DNA from: Acidimicrobiia bacterium
GTDB taxonomy: Bacteria; Actinomycetota; Acidimicrobiia; Spongiisociales; UBA5794
NCBI GenBank assembly: GCA_024762335.1
Contig: JANTHO010000004.1
Coordinates: 5,614 to 69,613, forward strand
Reading direction: 5' to 3'
DNA length: 64,000 bases
The translations under genes were made by a program, and so were the position numbers. The stretch's first letter is position 1, and each line of letters begins with the position of its first letter. The notes under the pieces were generated by a model. That model had not been told where the DNA came from. It ran no database searches and saw only the letters and a program-made list of their open reading frames with translations. Positions 27,544-38,815 of the stretch are shown here, piece by piece.

Positions 27544-28628
27544 CGGAGGATCTCGCGACTCACGGCGTCTGCAGTGACGACGCCGAGCATCACCGGTCCG
27601 TCGAAGACACCAGCGACCGATGTGTGCGACGACACGATGGCGTCGAGCGCCTCTTTGAGCGATGACTCCGGGGTGAGGCGTGTCTGGAACGCTTCGGTCG
27701 GTGCATGTGTGACGCCATCGGTGGGAACGTCGTCGACACGGACCCACCCATCCACGGCCGATCCGTCGCGCACGGCCACCCAGTCGGTTCCGTACTCGCG
27801 GGCGGTGGCGACGGCCCGGGCCCGGGAAGCAGAACGTTCCACGACGGGTCCGGCCTCGAGGTCGAGATCCGAGATCGGGATCAGGGAGAGCCGCTTGATG
27901 CCCCGGTCCGTTCCGAGGAAGTCGGCGACGAACGCGTTCGCGGGGTCGCGCAGGATCTCGCCGGGAGGACCGTACTGCTCGAGGTGGCCGCCCTCGCTGA
28001 GGATCGCGACGCGGTCTCCCAACTTGATCGCCTCGTCGATGTCATGGGTGACGAGGGCGATGGTCTTCTGCAGGCGTTGCTGAAGCGCCAGGAGTTCGTC
28101 CTGGAGGTGGGCCCGCACGATCGGGTCGACGGCGCCGAACGGTTCATCCATCAGCAGTACCGGGGGATCGGCCGCCAGTGCCCGTGCCACACCGACCCGC
28201 TGCCGCTGGCCGCCGGAGAGCTCCGCGGGGTAGCGATCGAGCATGTCCGGGTCGAGCGCGACGAGCTCGGTGAGTTCGTCCACTCGATCGGCGATTCGCG
28301 TCTTGTCCCAACCGAGGAGACCGGGAACGGTGCCGATGTTCTGACGGATCGTGCGGTGGGGGAAGAGGCCGACCTGCTGGATGACGTAGCCGATGCTCCG
28401 ACGCAGCTCGTGCACGGGAGCCGCCTCGACCGATCGACCGCCGATTTCGATCGTTCCCGCTGTGGGCTCGATGAGACGGTTGATCATCTTCAGCGTTGTC
28501 GTCTTCCCGCAACCGGAGGGGCCGACGAGCACGGCGACTTCCCCGCGATCGATGTGGAGATTGAGCCGATCGACGGCCGGGTCGGCGTTGCCGGGGAAGG
28601 TCTTCGTCAGGTCTCTGAGGTCGATCAT
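27540..28628 (-). CDS. Osmoprotectant ABC ATP-binding protein (ProV/OpuCA-like, C-terminal CBS)
   Basis: GPSGCGKTT, YPAELSGGQRQR, LMDEPFGAVDP, VTHDIDEA. Confidence 0.92.
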   Translation of the reverse strand: MIDLRDLTKTFPGNADPAVDRLNLHIDRGEVAVLVGPSGCGKTTTLKMINRLIEPTAGTIEIGGRSVEAAPVHELRRSIGYVIQQVGLFPHRTIRQNIGTVPGLLGWDKTRIADRVDELTELVALDPDMLDRYPAELSGGQRQRVGVARALAADPPVLLMDEPFGAVDPIVRAHLQDELLALQQRLQKTIALVTHDIDEAIKLGDRVAILSEGGHLEQYGPPGEILRDPANAFVADFLGTDRGIKRLSLIPISDLDLEAGPVVERSASRARAVATAREYGTDWVAVRDGSAVDGWVRVDDVPTDGVTHAPTEAFQTRLTPESSLKEALDAIVSSHTSVAGVFDGPVMLGVVTADAVSREILR

Positions 28629-29164
28629 GGACCGTGAACGGCGCCGATGACGGCCCGTACCGCATCGTCGACGGTGTCGGCCAGGATCACGAGAGACCCG
28701 TCGGTGCGGAGCTCGTCGGTGAGGAGCGGGACGAGGCGGCGCCACTGCTCTCCGACTGCGACGACCGGTTTGGGCGTCGCCCCGGTGAAGCGGGCCACGT
28801 ACGCGAGGTTCCATGCGACGAGCAGTTCGGTTGCCGTACCGAGCGATCCGGGGAGAGCGATCGATGCCACCGAGAGATCGACCATCTCATGGATGCGTTC
28901 GAGGAGCGACGCGGTCCTCGTCTCTTCGGTCAGATGCGCGTTCCCTCCCGGTCGATCGGGAAACACGTCGGGGACGGTGACACCGATCACCCGGCCGCCC
29001 GCTTGGCGGGCACCGAGCGACACGGCTTCCATCAGCCCGGCATACCCACCGGTCGCGACGGCGTAGCCGGCCTCAGCGAGCAGGCGACCACAACGAACCC
29101 CATCCTCGTAGACGGGCTCACCGGGGAGCGGCGCGGAGGCCCCGAAGACGGCAACGACATCCAT
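28625..29164 (-). CDS. LOG-family nucleotide-binding protein
   Basis: VATGGYAGLMEAV..GA, ALPGSLGTATE; ATG is 8 nt after TAGCCT. Confidence 0.85.
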   Translation of the reverse strand: MDVVAVFGASAPLPGEPVYEDGVRCGRLLAEAGYAVATGGYAGLMEAVSLGARQAGGRVIGVTVPDVFPDRPGGNAHLTEETRTASLLERIHEMVDLSVASIALPGSLGTATELLVAWNLAYVARFTGATPKPVVAVGEQWRRLVPLLTDELRTDGSLVILADTVDDAVRAVIGAVHGP

Positions 29165-29201
29165 ACGAACCGAGGCTAGCGCAGCCCACTCCCCTCCGTC
29201 C

Positions 29202-29252
29202 CGACACGAACCCAGGGTTCTCTGCGTCCCATATGACGTTGTCAGCCCGCGG
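29202..29252 (+). repeat. 51-bp dispersed repeat, copy 6 (left arm of empty doublet)
   Basis: CGACACGAACCCAGGGTTCTCTGCGTCCCATATGACGTTGTCAGCCCGCGG. Confidence 0.93.
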
Positions 29253-29271
29253 TTCACGAGGTGTCTCCATT

Positions 29272-29322
29272 CCGCGGGCCCGGGACGCCATATACAAAGC
29301 AGAGAACCCTGGGTTCGTGTCG
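29272..29322 (-). repeat. 51-bp dispersed repeat, copy 7 (right arm of empty doublet, 19-nt spacer)
   Basis: CCGCGGGCCCGGGACGCCATATACAAAGCAGAGAACCCTGGGTTCGTGTCG. Confidence 0.93.
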
Positions 29323-29343
29323 GGGAGGGGTAGGGTCGCCGGC

Positions 29344-31377
<2,034 letters not shown>

Positions 31378-31398
31378 GCATTGGCGACGGCCATCGGG

Positions 31399-31737
31399 TT
31401 ACTCGCAGTTGAACGTCACATCCGTCTCCGTCGCCTGGATCGGATCGACGGTCTCTGCGACGATGAACCTGCCGCTGCCGTGCGCACAGTCGCCCCGGTC
31501 GCGCTTCCACACCTTCAACAGGACGACCCTGTCGATGCCGGCAGCACCCGGAAGATCTCCGATCCCCACATCACGAATCTCGTCGTTGACGAGTTCGATG
31601 ATGTCCGGAGTGTGGAGCGCCGCGCGTTCCCGTTCGAGATCGGCGATCGCCTCCTTCTTCCTCGTGCTCCCCATACGGGACAGCACCACCGTCGCGACCA
31701 GAAGGAGGATGACGCCCACGATGACGAAGCCGATCAT
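31399..31737 (-). CDS. Small membrane-anchored hypothetical protein
   Basis: N-terminal TM; ATGA overlap with the manC stop. Confidence 0.7.
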   Translation of the reverse strand: MIGFVIVGVILLLVATVVLSRMGSTRKKEAIADLERERAALHTPDIIELVNDEIRDVGIGDLPGAAGIDRVVLLKVWKRDRGDCAHGSGRFIVAETVDPIQATETDVTFNCE

Positions 31738-33170
31738 CCCTCTCTCCTCGCCCTGCCGTAGGCATCGACGTACCGCTTGAGATCATCCTCCCCGACGTAA
31801 CTCCCGACGTCGACCTCGATGACCTCGAGGATCTCCGAATCCGATGCGTTCTCCATGCGGTGCACCTCACGGGCCGGGATGAACACCGACTCATGCTCCG
31901 GGACGAGGCGGGTCGTCTCGCCGATGCGTATTCGTGCCGTTCCGCGCACGACGATCCAGTGTTCGGAGCGATGCTCATGCGTCTGCAGGGAGAGCTTCTC
32001 CCCGGGCTCGATCCTGAGCCGGAGAACCCGGTACCCGGGACCGGCGGCGAGCGTTGCGAAACCTCCCCATGGACGGACGTCGCACCCGTCGGTCACTACT
32101 TCCGATCGCCCTTCGGCTTTCAACCGATCGACGATCGCCTTGACATCCTGTGAGCGGTCGCGGCGGCTGACCAGCGTTGCGTCCGGGGTGTCGATGATCA
32201 CGACATCGTCGACGCCGATCGCCGCGAGAAGACGGCCGTTGCTCCTCAGGTAGCTGTGCTGAACGTCGAGCATCTCGACATCTCCGACGACGACGTTTCC
32301 ATCCCCGTCGTGCTTGCCGATCTCCCACAGGGCGCCCCATGAGCCGACATCGCTCCAGCCAGTGTGGATCGGTACAACGGCGGCGGCGTCCGTCCGCTCC
32401 ATCACGGCGTAGTCGATCGAGATCGAGGGGGCCTCGGCGAACGCCCCGGCATCGAGTCGGATTATGGAGTCGTCCCGTTCCGCCTTGTCGACGGCGGCCC
32501 TAGTCGCTTCCAGTACGTCGGGGGCGTGGGCGGCGAGTTCATCGAGGAAGCGTGAGGCCCGGAACATGAACATGCCGCTGTTCCAGAGATAGTGGCCGCT
32601 CGCGAGGTACTCCTCTGCGGTAGACGCATCGGGTTTCTCCCGAAACTCGGTGACGGTGCGTACACCGTCGGCGAGTCGCTCACCGAAACGGATATATCCG
32701 TATCCGGTCTCCGGTCCGGCGGGTTCGATTCCGAAGGTGATGAGGTATCCGTTGTCGGCAAAACCGGCGGCGAGCGCAACCGCCTCCGTGAACGCCTCTT
32801 CATTGCGGATGACGTGATCGGCTGGCATGACGAACAGGATCGGGTCGGCGCCATCTCTCGTGAGGTGCAGGGCCGCTGCTGCGGTCGCCGGGGCGGTGTT
32901 CCTGGCGACCGGCTCGAGGATCACGGGCGCTTCACGATGTCCGGCGAGGGCGAGTTCCCTGCGGATCCCCGGCTCGTGATCCTCGTTGCACACGATGAGT
33001 GGCGTTCCGCTGTCGTTGAGCGCATCGGATCGTTGCACGGTCGTGAGGAACATCGTTCGGTCGTCGACGAGGGGGAGGAGTTGCTTCGGCTGTTTGCTTC
33101 GCGAAGCCGGCCAGAGTCGGCTTCCCGATCCGCCTGAGAGGATCACGGGGGTGATGGATCGATCGGTCAT
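31734..33170 (-). CDS. manC: Mannose-1-phosphate guanylyltransferase / mannose-6-phosphate isomerase (type II bifunctional)
   Basis: ILSGGSGSRLWP.SR..PKQ, LEPVARNTAPA, GYGYI, SIDYAVME, WSDVGSW, C-terminal cupin RPWG..LSLQTH..RSEHW. Confidence 0.93.
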   Translation of the reverse strand: MTDRSITPVILSGGSGSRLWPASRSKQPKQLLPLVDDRTMFLTTVQRSDALNDSGTPLIVCNEDHEPGIRRELALAGHREAPVILEPVARNTAPATAAAALHLTRDGADPILFVMPADHVIRNEEAFTEAVALAAGFADNGYLITFGIEPAGPETGYGYIRFGERLADGVRTVTEFREKPDASTAEEYLASGHYLWNSGMFMFRASRFLDELAAHAPDVLEATRAAVDKAERDDSIIRLDAGAFAEAPSISIDYAVMERTDAAAVVPIHTGWSDVGSWGALWEIGKHDGDGNVVVGDVEMLDVQHSYLRSNGRLLAAIGVDDVVIIDTPDATLVSRRDRSQDVKAIVDRLKAEGRSEVVTDGCDVRPWGGFATLAAGPGYRVLRLRIEPGEKLSLQTHEHRSEHWIVVRGTARIRIGETTRLVPEHESVFIPAREVHRMENASDSEILEVIEVDVGSYVGEDDLKRYVDAYGRARREG

Positions 33171-33213
33171 GGGAGCAATGTATCGGTTCGCCGGACCAGC
33201 GCCAACCCGTGGG

Positions 33214-35235
33214 TCATGAGGACGGCCGCCAGTCGCGGTCTGGTAGCTGCGTCGGCTCCATGAGATGGCCTGCATCGATGCGGGCGTCACCGGTCCCGAA
33301 GAAGGTCAAGCGATCACCCGGTTCGACCCGTGTATTGCCGTGGGGGATGAGCACCTTCGTGCCACGCCGGATCGAGACGAGGATCGCCCCTTCGGGCCAC
33401 GGGATGTCCTTGATCGCTTCGTTCGCAATCGGCGATGCAGTCACGACGGTGGACTCGAAGAACGCGGCATCCGGCTGCGACCGGAGGCGAACGCGCTCCC
33501 GATAGAGTGCGCGGCCGGTCGCCGTTCCGAGGGCGTGGTGATAGGCGCGCACCACGGATTCCCGGCGGAACATGCCGACGAGGCGGGTCGGGTCGGCGTC
33601 TTCGACGACGGGAAGCCGCCCCAGACCGAACGACGCCATTCGCGCGAGTGCAGCCGAGACCGGCATTCCGGGGGTCGTCGTGATGGGCTTCGTCGTCATG
33701 ACGTCGCTCACGGTGAGATCGGCTGCGTCTTCGCCGGCTCCCTCCAGGTCGCTCAAACCGACGACGCCGATGAGTTGACCATCTTCGACGACGGGCAGTC
33801 CGTGGTGGTGGTGCCGATCGAACATCTCGGCCAGTTCGGGCAGCGACATCGACGGGGTCGCGGTCTCATCGGTGATCGTCATCACATCGCCGACGTCGAC
33901 GGTGTCGAGGAGGTCGATGTCCTGCATCGTTGGGAGATGGATTCCGGCGCGTGTCAGGGCGATCGTGTACGCCGAGTCCGAGTGGAGACGATCGCCCAGG
34001 AATGTCGCGAGCGCTGCGCCGAGCATCAGGGGAAGGACGAGGCCGTAGTCGCCGGTGATCTCGAAGACGATGATGACCGACGTGAGCGGCGCACGGGCCA
34101 CCGCTGCGAATGTGGCCGCCATGCCGACGACGGCGAAGGCACCCGGATCGATGCGAGACAGGGTCCAGACGGGATCGACCAGGTTCGCGAACCCGGCACC
34201 AATCGATCCGCCGATGAAGAGCGCGGCCATGAACGTGCCGACGGAGCCGCCGCCGGCTCGGGTGAGCGACGTCGCGACGATCTTCAGGACGGCGAGCAGG
34301 AACAGGGACCACCAGATGAGTTCCGTATCGCTCGTTGCGGCGAGGAGGTCCGATAGGAATTGCTGGCCGGTTCCGAGCGCGAGTGGCTCACCGATGCCGA
34401 TGGTGGCGACGCCGAGACCGGCACCGACGGGGATGAGCCATCCGGGGAGGCGCGCCGGGAGGCGGAAGCCGCTCGTCTTCTCCAACACGCGGAGGAAGAG
34501 GACGCCGAAGAGGACGGCCACGAGTGCCAGGGCTGCGAAGAGAACCAGCTGGCGGGGGTCGTGGAGTTCATGGGCGGGTGACGTGAGGATGCTCTCCTGG
34601 CCGATGAGGAGATGTGTCGTGACGGCGGCGATCACGGACGTGATGACGATGGCGTTCAGGTGGCGGACCGAAAACGACCGGAGGATCACCTCCATGGCGA
34701 AGAGCATTCCGGCGATCGGGGCGTTGAACGACGCTCCGATTCCCGCTCCCGCCCCCGCCGCGACGAGGCTCCTCACATGATCCTGCCCGAAGCCGGTGTA
34801 TCGGGAGAACGACGACCCGATCGCACCGCCGATGAGGGCGATCGGCCCCTCACGCCCTCCGGAACCTCCGGCACCCAGAGTTGCCGCTGTGGCGATGATC
34901 TTCGTCGGGATGAGCCGGGTCGGCATATACCCGCCGTGGAGCCCGGCGGCGACCATCGTCTCGGTCACACCGCCGCTTGCGACGCCGGGTCCAAAGCGGC
35001 GGTCGAGACCCCAGGCGATCAGCAGGCCGGCCGGAATCGCTAGGAGCAGGAACCACTTGCCCCATCCGAGGAGGTCGTCGACGGTTCCGAAGATGTCGTG
35101 TGCATACTTGATGGTCCACACGAGAATCGCGGCGCCGAGGCCGACGAGAACGCCGAGGACGAACGCCGCGAGTAGAAAAGCCGCCGTGCCGCGTTGTGTG
35201 AAGATATGTGAGATCCACCGGCGGAACTTCGGCAT
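33214..35235 (-). CDS. ClC chloride channel/transporter with CBS pair and C-terminal RCK_C (TrkA-C) domain
   Basis: GREGP, FNAPIAG, GTFMAALFIG, RAPLTSVII..E.TG.Y, CBS HGLPV, C-terminal ILVSIRRG..VLIPHG...GDRL. Confidence 0.9.
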   Translation of the reverse strand: MPKFRRWISHIFTQRGTAAFLLAAFVLGVLVGLGAAILVWTIKYAHDIFGTVDDLLGWGKWFLLLAIPAGLLIAWGLDRRFGPGVASGGVTETMVAAGLHGGYMPTRLIPTKIIATAATLGAGGSGGREGPIALIGGAIGSSFSRYTGFGQDHVRSLVAAGAGAGIGASFNAPIAGMLFAMEVILRSFSVRHLNAIVITSVIAAVTTHLLIGQESILTSPAHELHDPRQLVLFAALALVAVLFGVLFLRVLEKTSGFRLPARLPGWLIPVGAGLGVATIGIGEPLALGTGQQFLSDLLAATSDTELIWWSLFLLAVLKIVATSLTRAGGGSVGTFMAALFIGGSIGAGFANLVDPVWTLSRIDPGAFAVVGMAATFAAVARAPLTSVIIVFEITGDYGLVLPLMLGAALATFLGDRLHSDSAYTIALTRAGIHLPTMQDIDLLDTVDVGDVMTITDETATPSMSLPELAEMFDRHHHHGLPVVEDGQLIGVVGLSDLEGAGEDAADLTVSDVMTTKPITTTPGMPVSAALARMASFGLGRLPVVEDADPTRLVGMFRRESVVRAYHHALGTATGRALYRERVRLRSQPDAAFFESTVVTASPIANEAIKDIPWPEGAILVSIRRGTKVLIPHGNTRVEPGDRLTFFGTGDARIDAGHLMEPTQLPDRDWRPSS

Positions 35236-35368
35236 GGCCGCAACGGTACTGCAAACGCGCACCGATGGTCCTCTGCTGCGCGACGGCCGGGTTTTCGTTG
35301 TTCGCGATCGAATGAATAGGCTGAGCGGCCACACGGCGTGAGTCCGATGAACGATCCAGGAGGATCAG

Positions 35369-37075
35369 ATGAAGTTCCGTCCCCTCGTCGACCACGAGAC
35401 CGGTGAGCGGTATCTGCCGGTTGCTAAGCGCGGAGATGCGCTGCTCCATGATCGTTTCCTGAACAAGGGGGCATCGTTCAGTCGCGAGGAGCGTCGGGCG
35501 TTCGGTCTGCGCGGCCTTCTCCCGGATCACATTCCGACGATCGGAGAACAGCTCGCGCGTGTGCAGACGCAGATCGATGCCAAGGTCACGGATCTCGACA
35601 AGAACATCTACCTCAACAGCCTGATGGATCGCAACGAGGTGCTTTTCTACCGCTACATCCTCGATCATCTCGAAGAGACGGTTCCGATCATCTACACGCC
35701 GACCGTCGCGGCCACCTGCAAGCATTGGAGCCGCCTCTACCGGGCAGCGCACGGCTTGTACATCACGCCGCGTGACCGGGGACACGTGGCCGAGGTGCTC
35801 CTTGCCAGCGCTGTCGAGCAGCCGCCGGTGATCGTCGTCACCGACAACGAACGGATTCTCGGAATCGGAGATCAGGGAGCCGGCGGACTCGGCATCCCGA
35901 TCGGCAAGCTCTCTCTTTACACGGCTGCCGCCGGGATCAGCCCGGCGAGATGCCTCCCTATCTCGATCGATGTCGGCACCAACAACGCCGAACTCCTCGA
36001 AGATCCGCTCTACCTCGGGTATCGAGAGCCGCGGCTTCGCGGCGAGCCGTACGACGAACTGATCGAAGAGTTCGTGCACGCGGTCAAGGAGGTCTTCCCC
36101 GATGCGCTTCTCCAGTGGGAGGATTTTGCGAATCTGACGTCGTTCGACAATCTCGAGCGGTACCGGGATTTCCTGCCGTCGTTCAACGACGATATCCAGG
36201 GGACCGCTGCGATGGTCGTGTCGGGCCTCATCAGCGCAACCCGCCAGATCGGGGGGACGCTGACCGATCACCGGATCGTGATCGCCGGCGCCGGATCCGC
36301 CGGATACGGGATTCGCGAGCAGATTGCCCGGGCGATGGCGGATGCCGGCATGGACATCGACGAGGCGAGAGCGCGGCATTACGTCCTCGACAGCAGGGGT
36401 CTTGTAGTCGACGACCGGCGCAACCTGACGCCCGTCAAGAAACGCCTTGCAACCCCGGTCGGCGAGATTGCCGACTGGGACACGGAGGCAGGTCTGCCGT
36501 CGCTGACGGAAGTCATCCGGTACGTGAAGCCGACTGTGCTGATCGGCGTGTCGGGAACTGCCGGGCTGTTCGGTCGGAAGGCGGTTCAAGCGATGGCGGC
36601 GGAGGTCAATCGCCCGATCATTCTCCCCCTGTCGAACCCGACTGCGAATACCGAGGTCACACCGAAGTCGGCAATCACATGGACGGAAGGCCGTGCGATC
36701 GTGGCGACCGGCAGTCCGTTTGCACCGGTCAAGTACAAGGGCGTAGAGCATCGGATCGGCCAGGCCAACAACGTGTTCATCTTTCCCGGGATGGGACTCG
36801 GCGTCATCACCGTGCGGGCGAAGAAGGTCACGGATCACATGTTCCTGGCCGCCGCATATGCGCTTGCCGACGAGGTCGACGATGAGCTGCTCGCGGCCGG
36901 CCAGATTTATCCGGACATCTGTGACGTTCGGGAGGTCTCGCGCAAGGTCGCGAGCGCTGTGGCCCGTGCGGCGATCGAGGACGGGGTGGCCGAGCCACTC
37001 GACGATCTCGAGAGTGCGATCGACGCCGAGATGTGGACTCCCGAGTATCTCCCGTACCGGCCTGCAGGCGACTGA
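35369..37075 (+). CDS. maeA: NAD-dependent malic enzyme
   Basis: LNKG, PIIYTPTV, VTDNERILGIGDQG, LQWEDF, FNDDIQGT, GAGSAG, PLSNPT, GQANN.FIFPG. Confidence 0.94.
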   Translation: MKFRPLVDHETGERYLPVAKRGDALLHDRFLNKGASFSREERRAFGLRGLLPDHIPTIGEQLARVQTQIDAKVTDLDKNIYLNSLMDRNEVLFYRYILDHLEETVPIIYTPTVAATCKHWSRLYRAAHGLYITPRDRGHVAEVLLASAVEQPPVIVVTDNERILGIGDQGAGGLGIPIGKLSLYTAAAGISPARCLPISIDVGTNNAELLEDPLYLGYREPRLRGEPYDELIEEFVHAVKEVFPDALLQWEDFANLTSFDNLERYRDFLPSFNDDIQGTAAMVVSGLISATRQIGGTLTDHRIVIAGAGSAGYGIREQIARAMADAGMDIDEARARHYVLDSRGLVVDDRRNLTPVKKRLATPVGEIADWDTEAGLPSLTEVIRYVKPTVLIGVSGTAGLFGRKAVQAMAAEVNRPIILPLSNPTANTEVTPKSAITWTEGRAIVATGSPFAPVKYKGVEHRIGQANNVFIFPGMGLGVITVRAKKVTDHMFLAAAYALADEVDDELLAAGQIYPDICDVREVSRKVASAVARAAIEDGVAEPLDDLESAIDAEMWTPEYLPYRPAGD

Positions 37076-37085
37076 ACCAAGCGAG

Positions 37086-38747
37086 CTATGAAACCGTCGC
37101 GGTGACTGGGACTGCGACGAGCGTCATCCTGAAGATGGTCTCGTGGCCGTCGTGGTCGTAGACCAGGTCTCCGCCCATGTGGCGGGCGAGGCGGCGTGAC
37201 ACGGTGAGGCCGAGTCCTACGGAAGCGGTTGTGCCCTCGCGCTGTCGTGCCCTCGTGTACGGCTCGAATATGGCGGCGCGGCTCGAGGGGGCCAATGGCT
37301 CTCCGTCGTCCCGCACCTCGAGAATCCCGTTGGGTCCATCGCTGTCGATGATCACCCGGGCGTTCGGTCCTCCGTAGCGGCGTGCGTTCGTGACCATGTT
37401 GCGGATGATCTGGCGGACGCGGTGGGGATCGGCGATGACCTCAGGGTGTCCGTTCACCTCCACGGGGATGTCGGGATCGATCGCGTGGGTGACCGCCTCC
37501 GCTTCCACCGACAGGTCGACGGGTCTCGACTCCACGATCAGGTTGCCGGCGTCGGCGCGGGCTGCAACGAGGAGGTCCTCGACGATGCGCGATGCTTCAA
37601 GGCTCTGATCGGCGACCAGACCGAGAAGTTCGCTTCTCTCGGCGTCATCGATCAAGCTGCTTTCGTCGCGCAACTCCTGGGCGATCCCCACCACCGCCGT
37701 GAGCGGCGTCCGTAATTCGTGAGAGATGGTCGCGACAAACTGGCTTTGAGAGTCGATGAGGCGCTGCAACTTGCGTTCCGCCTCCCGTTGACGCGTGACG
37801 TCGATGATCGCGACGGTGACGTTGCTCAGGTCGCGCTCACCATCGACCACAGGGGCGCTCCACACCAGGAGAGCTTCGATCGGCCGTCCCGTCATCGTGA
37901 GCCCGCCCTTGAGTTCGACCGAAACCTTCTCTTCACCGTCGGCTGTTGCGAGGAACTGGGGAATGAACGATTCGAGCGCACCCCTCGAGAACGTTTCCAT
38001 CCCGAAATTGCCGAGGAGAAGGACACGGTCGGGGGCTTCCGTGAGCAGGAGGGCGGCTTCGTTCACGTCGGTGACGGTCACGAGAGCGGCGAGACGCCTG
38101 ACCTCTTCCGGGTTGGACTGCAGATACCCCTCGAGGTTCGAAACGCCGGCAGTCGTCAGTGCAGAGAGCTCGCTTTCCACAGCCGTGAAATCCTCCTTCC
38201 ACAGCGAGATCGGTGCATGCTCGAAGAGGTTGCGGTACCGCTCTTCCCTCCGGCCGAACTCTCTGCGCACTCCGGCGAGGAGCGTTGCACCGAACGCGAC
38301 GGCGACGGTCCCGGTGATCGCCTGGAGAGCCGGTACCTCGGCGGCGCCCCACTCGATCAGGTTGATGAAGATCAGGATCGAGTAGCCGGCGATGTAGACG
38401 ATCGCCAGCCGTTGTGGGACGAAGAGTGCGCCGATGATTCCGACGATTGCCAGCGGGAGGATGGCCAAGTGGGCGAGGGGGTCGAAGGGGAGCAGATAAT
38501 TCTGGACGGTGATCGCAAGGGCGATGCTGAGGAGGATCGGCAGGATCCGCGGCGCGTGGCGTCTGAGCATCGCTAGTCCTGCGATCGCGACCAGGGTCGG
38601 TCCGATGGCTCCGAGGGCGGTCGTTTCGTTGCCGCTGAGCAGTCCACTGATGACGAAACCGGCGGAAGCAGTCGCGGCGAGCACCGTAGCCAGTTGAACT
38701 AGCGACCGTTCGATGGCGAACGGAAGTTGGTCGTAGCTCGGATGCAT
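37086..38747 (-). CDS. Membrane-bound PAS sensor histidine kinase
   Basis: About 5-6 TMs, PAS (LFEHAPISLWKED), H-box ISHELRTPL, N-box NMVTNARRYG, VRDDG, GLGL. Confidence 0.88.
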   Translation of the reverse strand: MHPSYDQLPFAIERSLVQLATVLAATASAGFVISGLLSGNETTALGAIGPTLVAIAGLAMLRRHAPRILPILLSIALAITVQNYLLPFDPLAHLAILPLAIVGIIGALFVPQRLAIVYIAGYSILIFINLIEWGAAEVPALQAITGTVAVAFGATLLAGVRREFGRREERYRNLFEHAPISLWKEDFTAVESELSALTTAGVSNLEGYLQSNPEEVRRLAALVTVTDVNEAALLLTEAPDRVLLLGNFGMETFSRGALESFIPQFLATADGEEKVSVELKGGLTMTGRPIEALLVWSAPVVDGERDLSNVTVAIIDVTRQREAERKLQRLIDSQSQFVATISHELRTPLTAVVGIAQELRDESSLIDDAERSELLGLVADQSLEASRIVEDLLVAARADAGNLIVESRPVDLSVEAEAVTHAIDPDIPVEVNGHPEVIADPHRVRQIIRNMVTNARRYGGPNARVIIDSDGPNGILEVRDDGEPLAPSSRAAIFEPYTRARQREGTTASVGLGLTVSRRLARHMGGDLVYDHDGHETIFRMTLVAVPVTATVS

Positions 38748-38815
38748 GCATATTCATCGGCAGGAAGCCGGCGAAAGTGAAGGAAGAAGGGGGGGAGATT
38801 CGATCGATTTTCTGC

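Noticed and set aside
34850-36838. 662-aa minus-strand ORF and similar long antisense ORFs (19259..20833, 22400..24046, 26902..28083, 10226..11407, 51080..52465, 39893..41245)
   Set aside because: They mirror well-supported genes on the opposite strand; the lack of stops is explained by GC3-rich codon usage.
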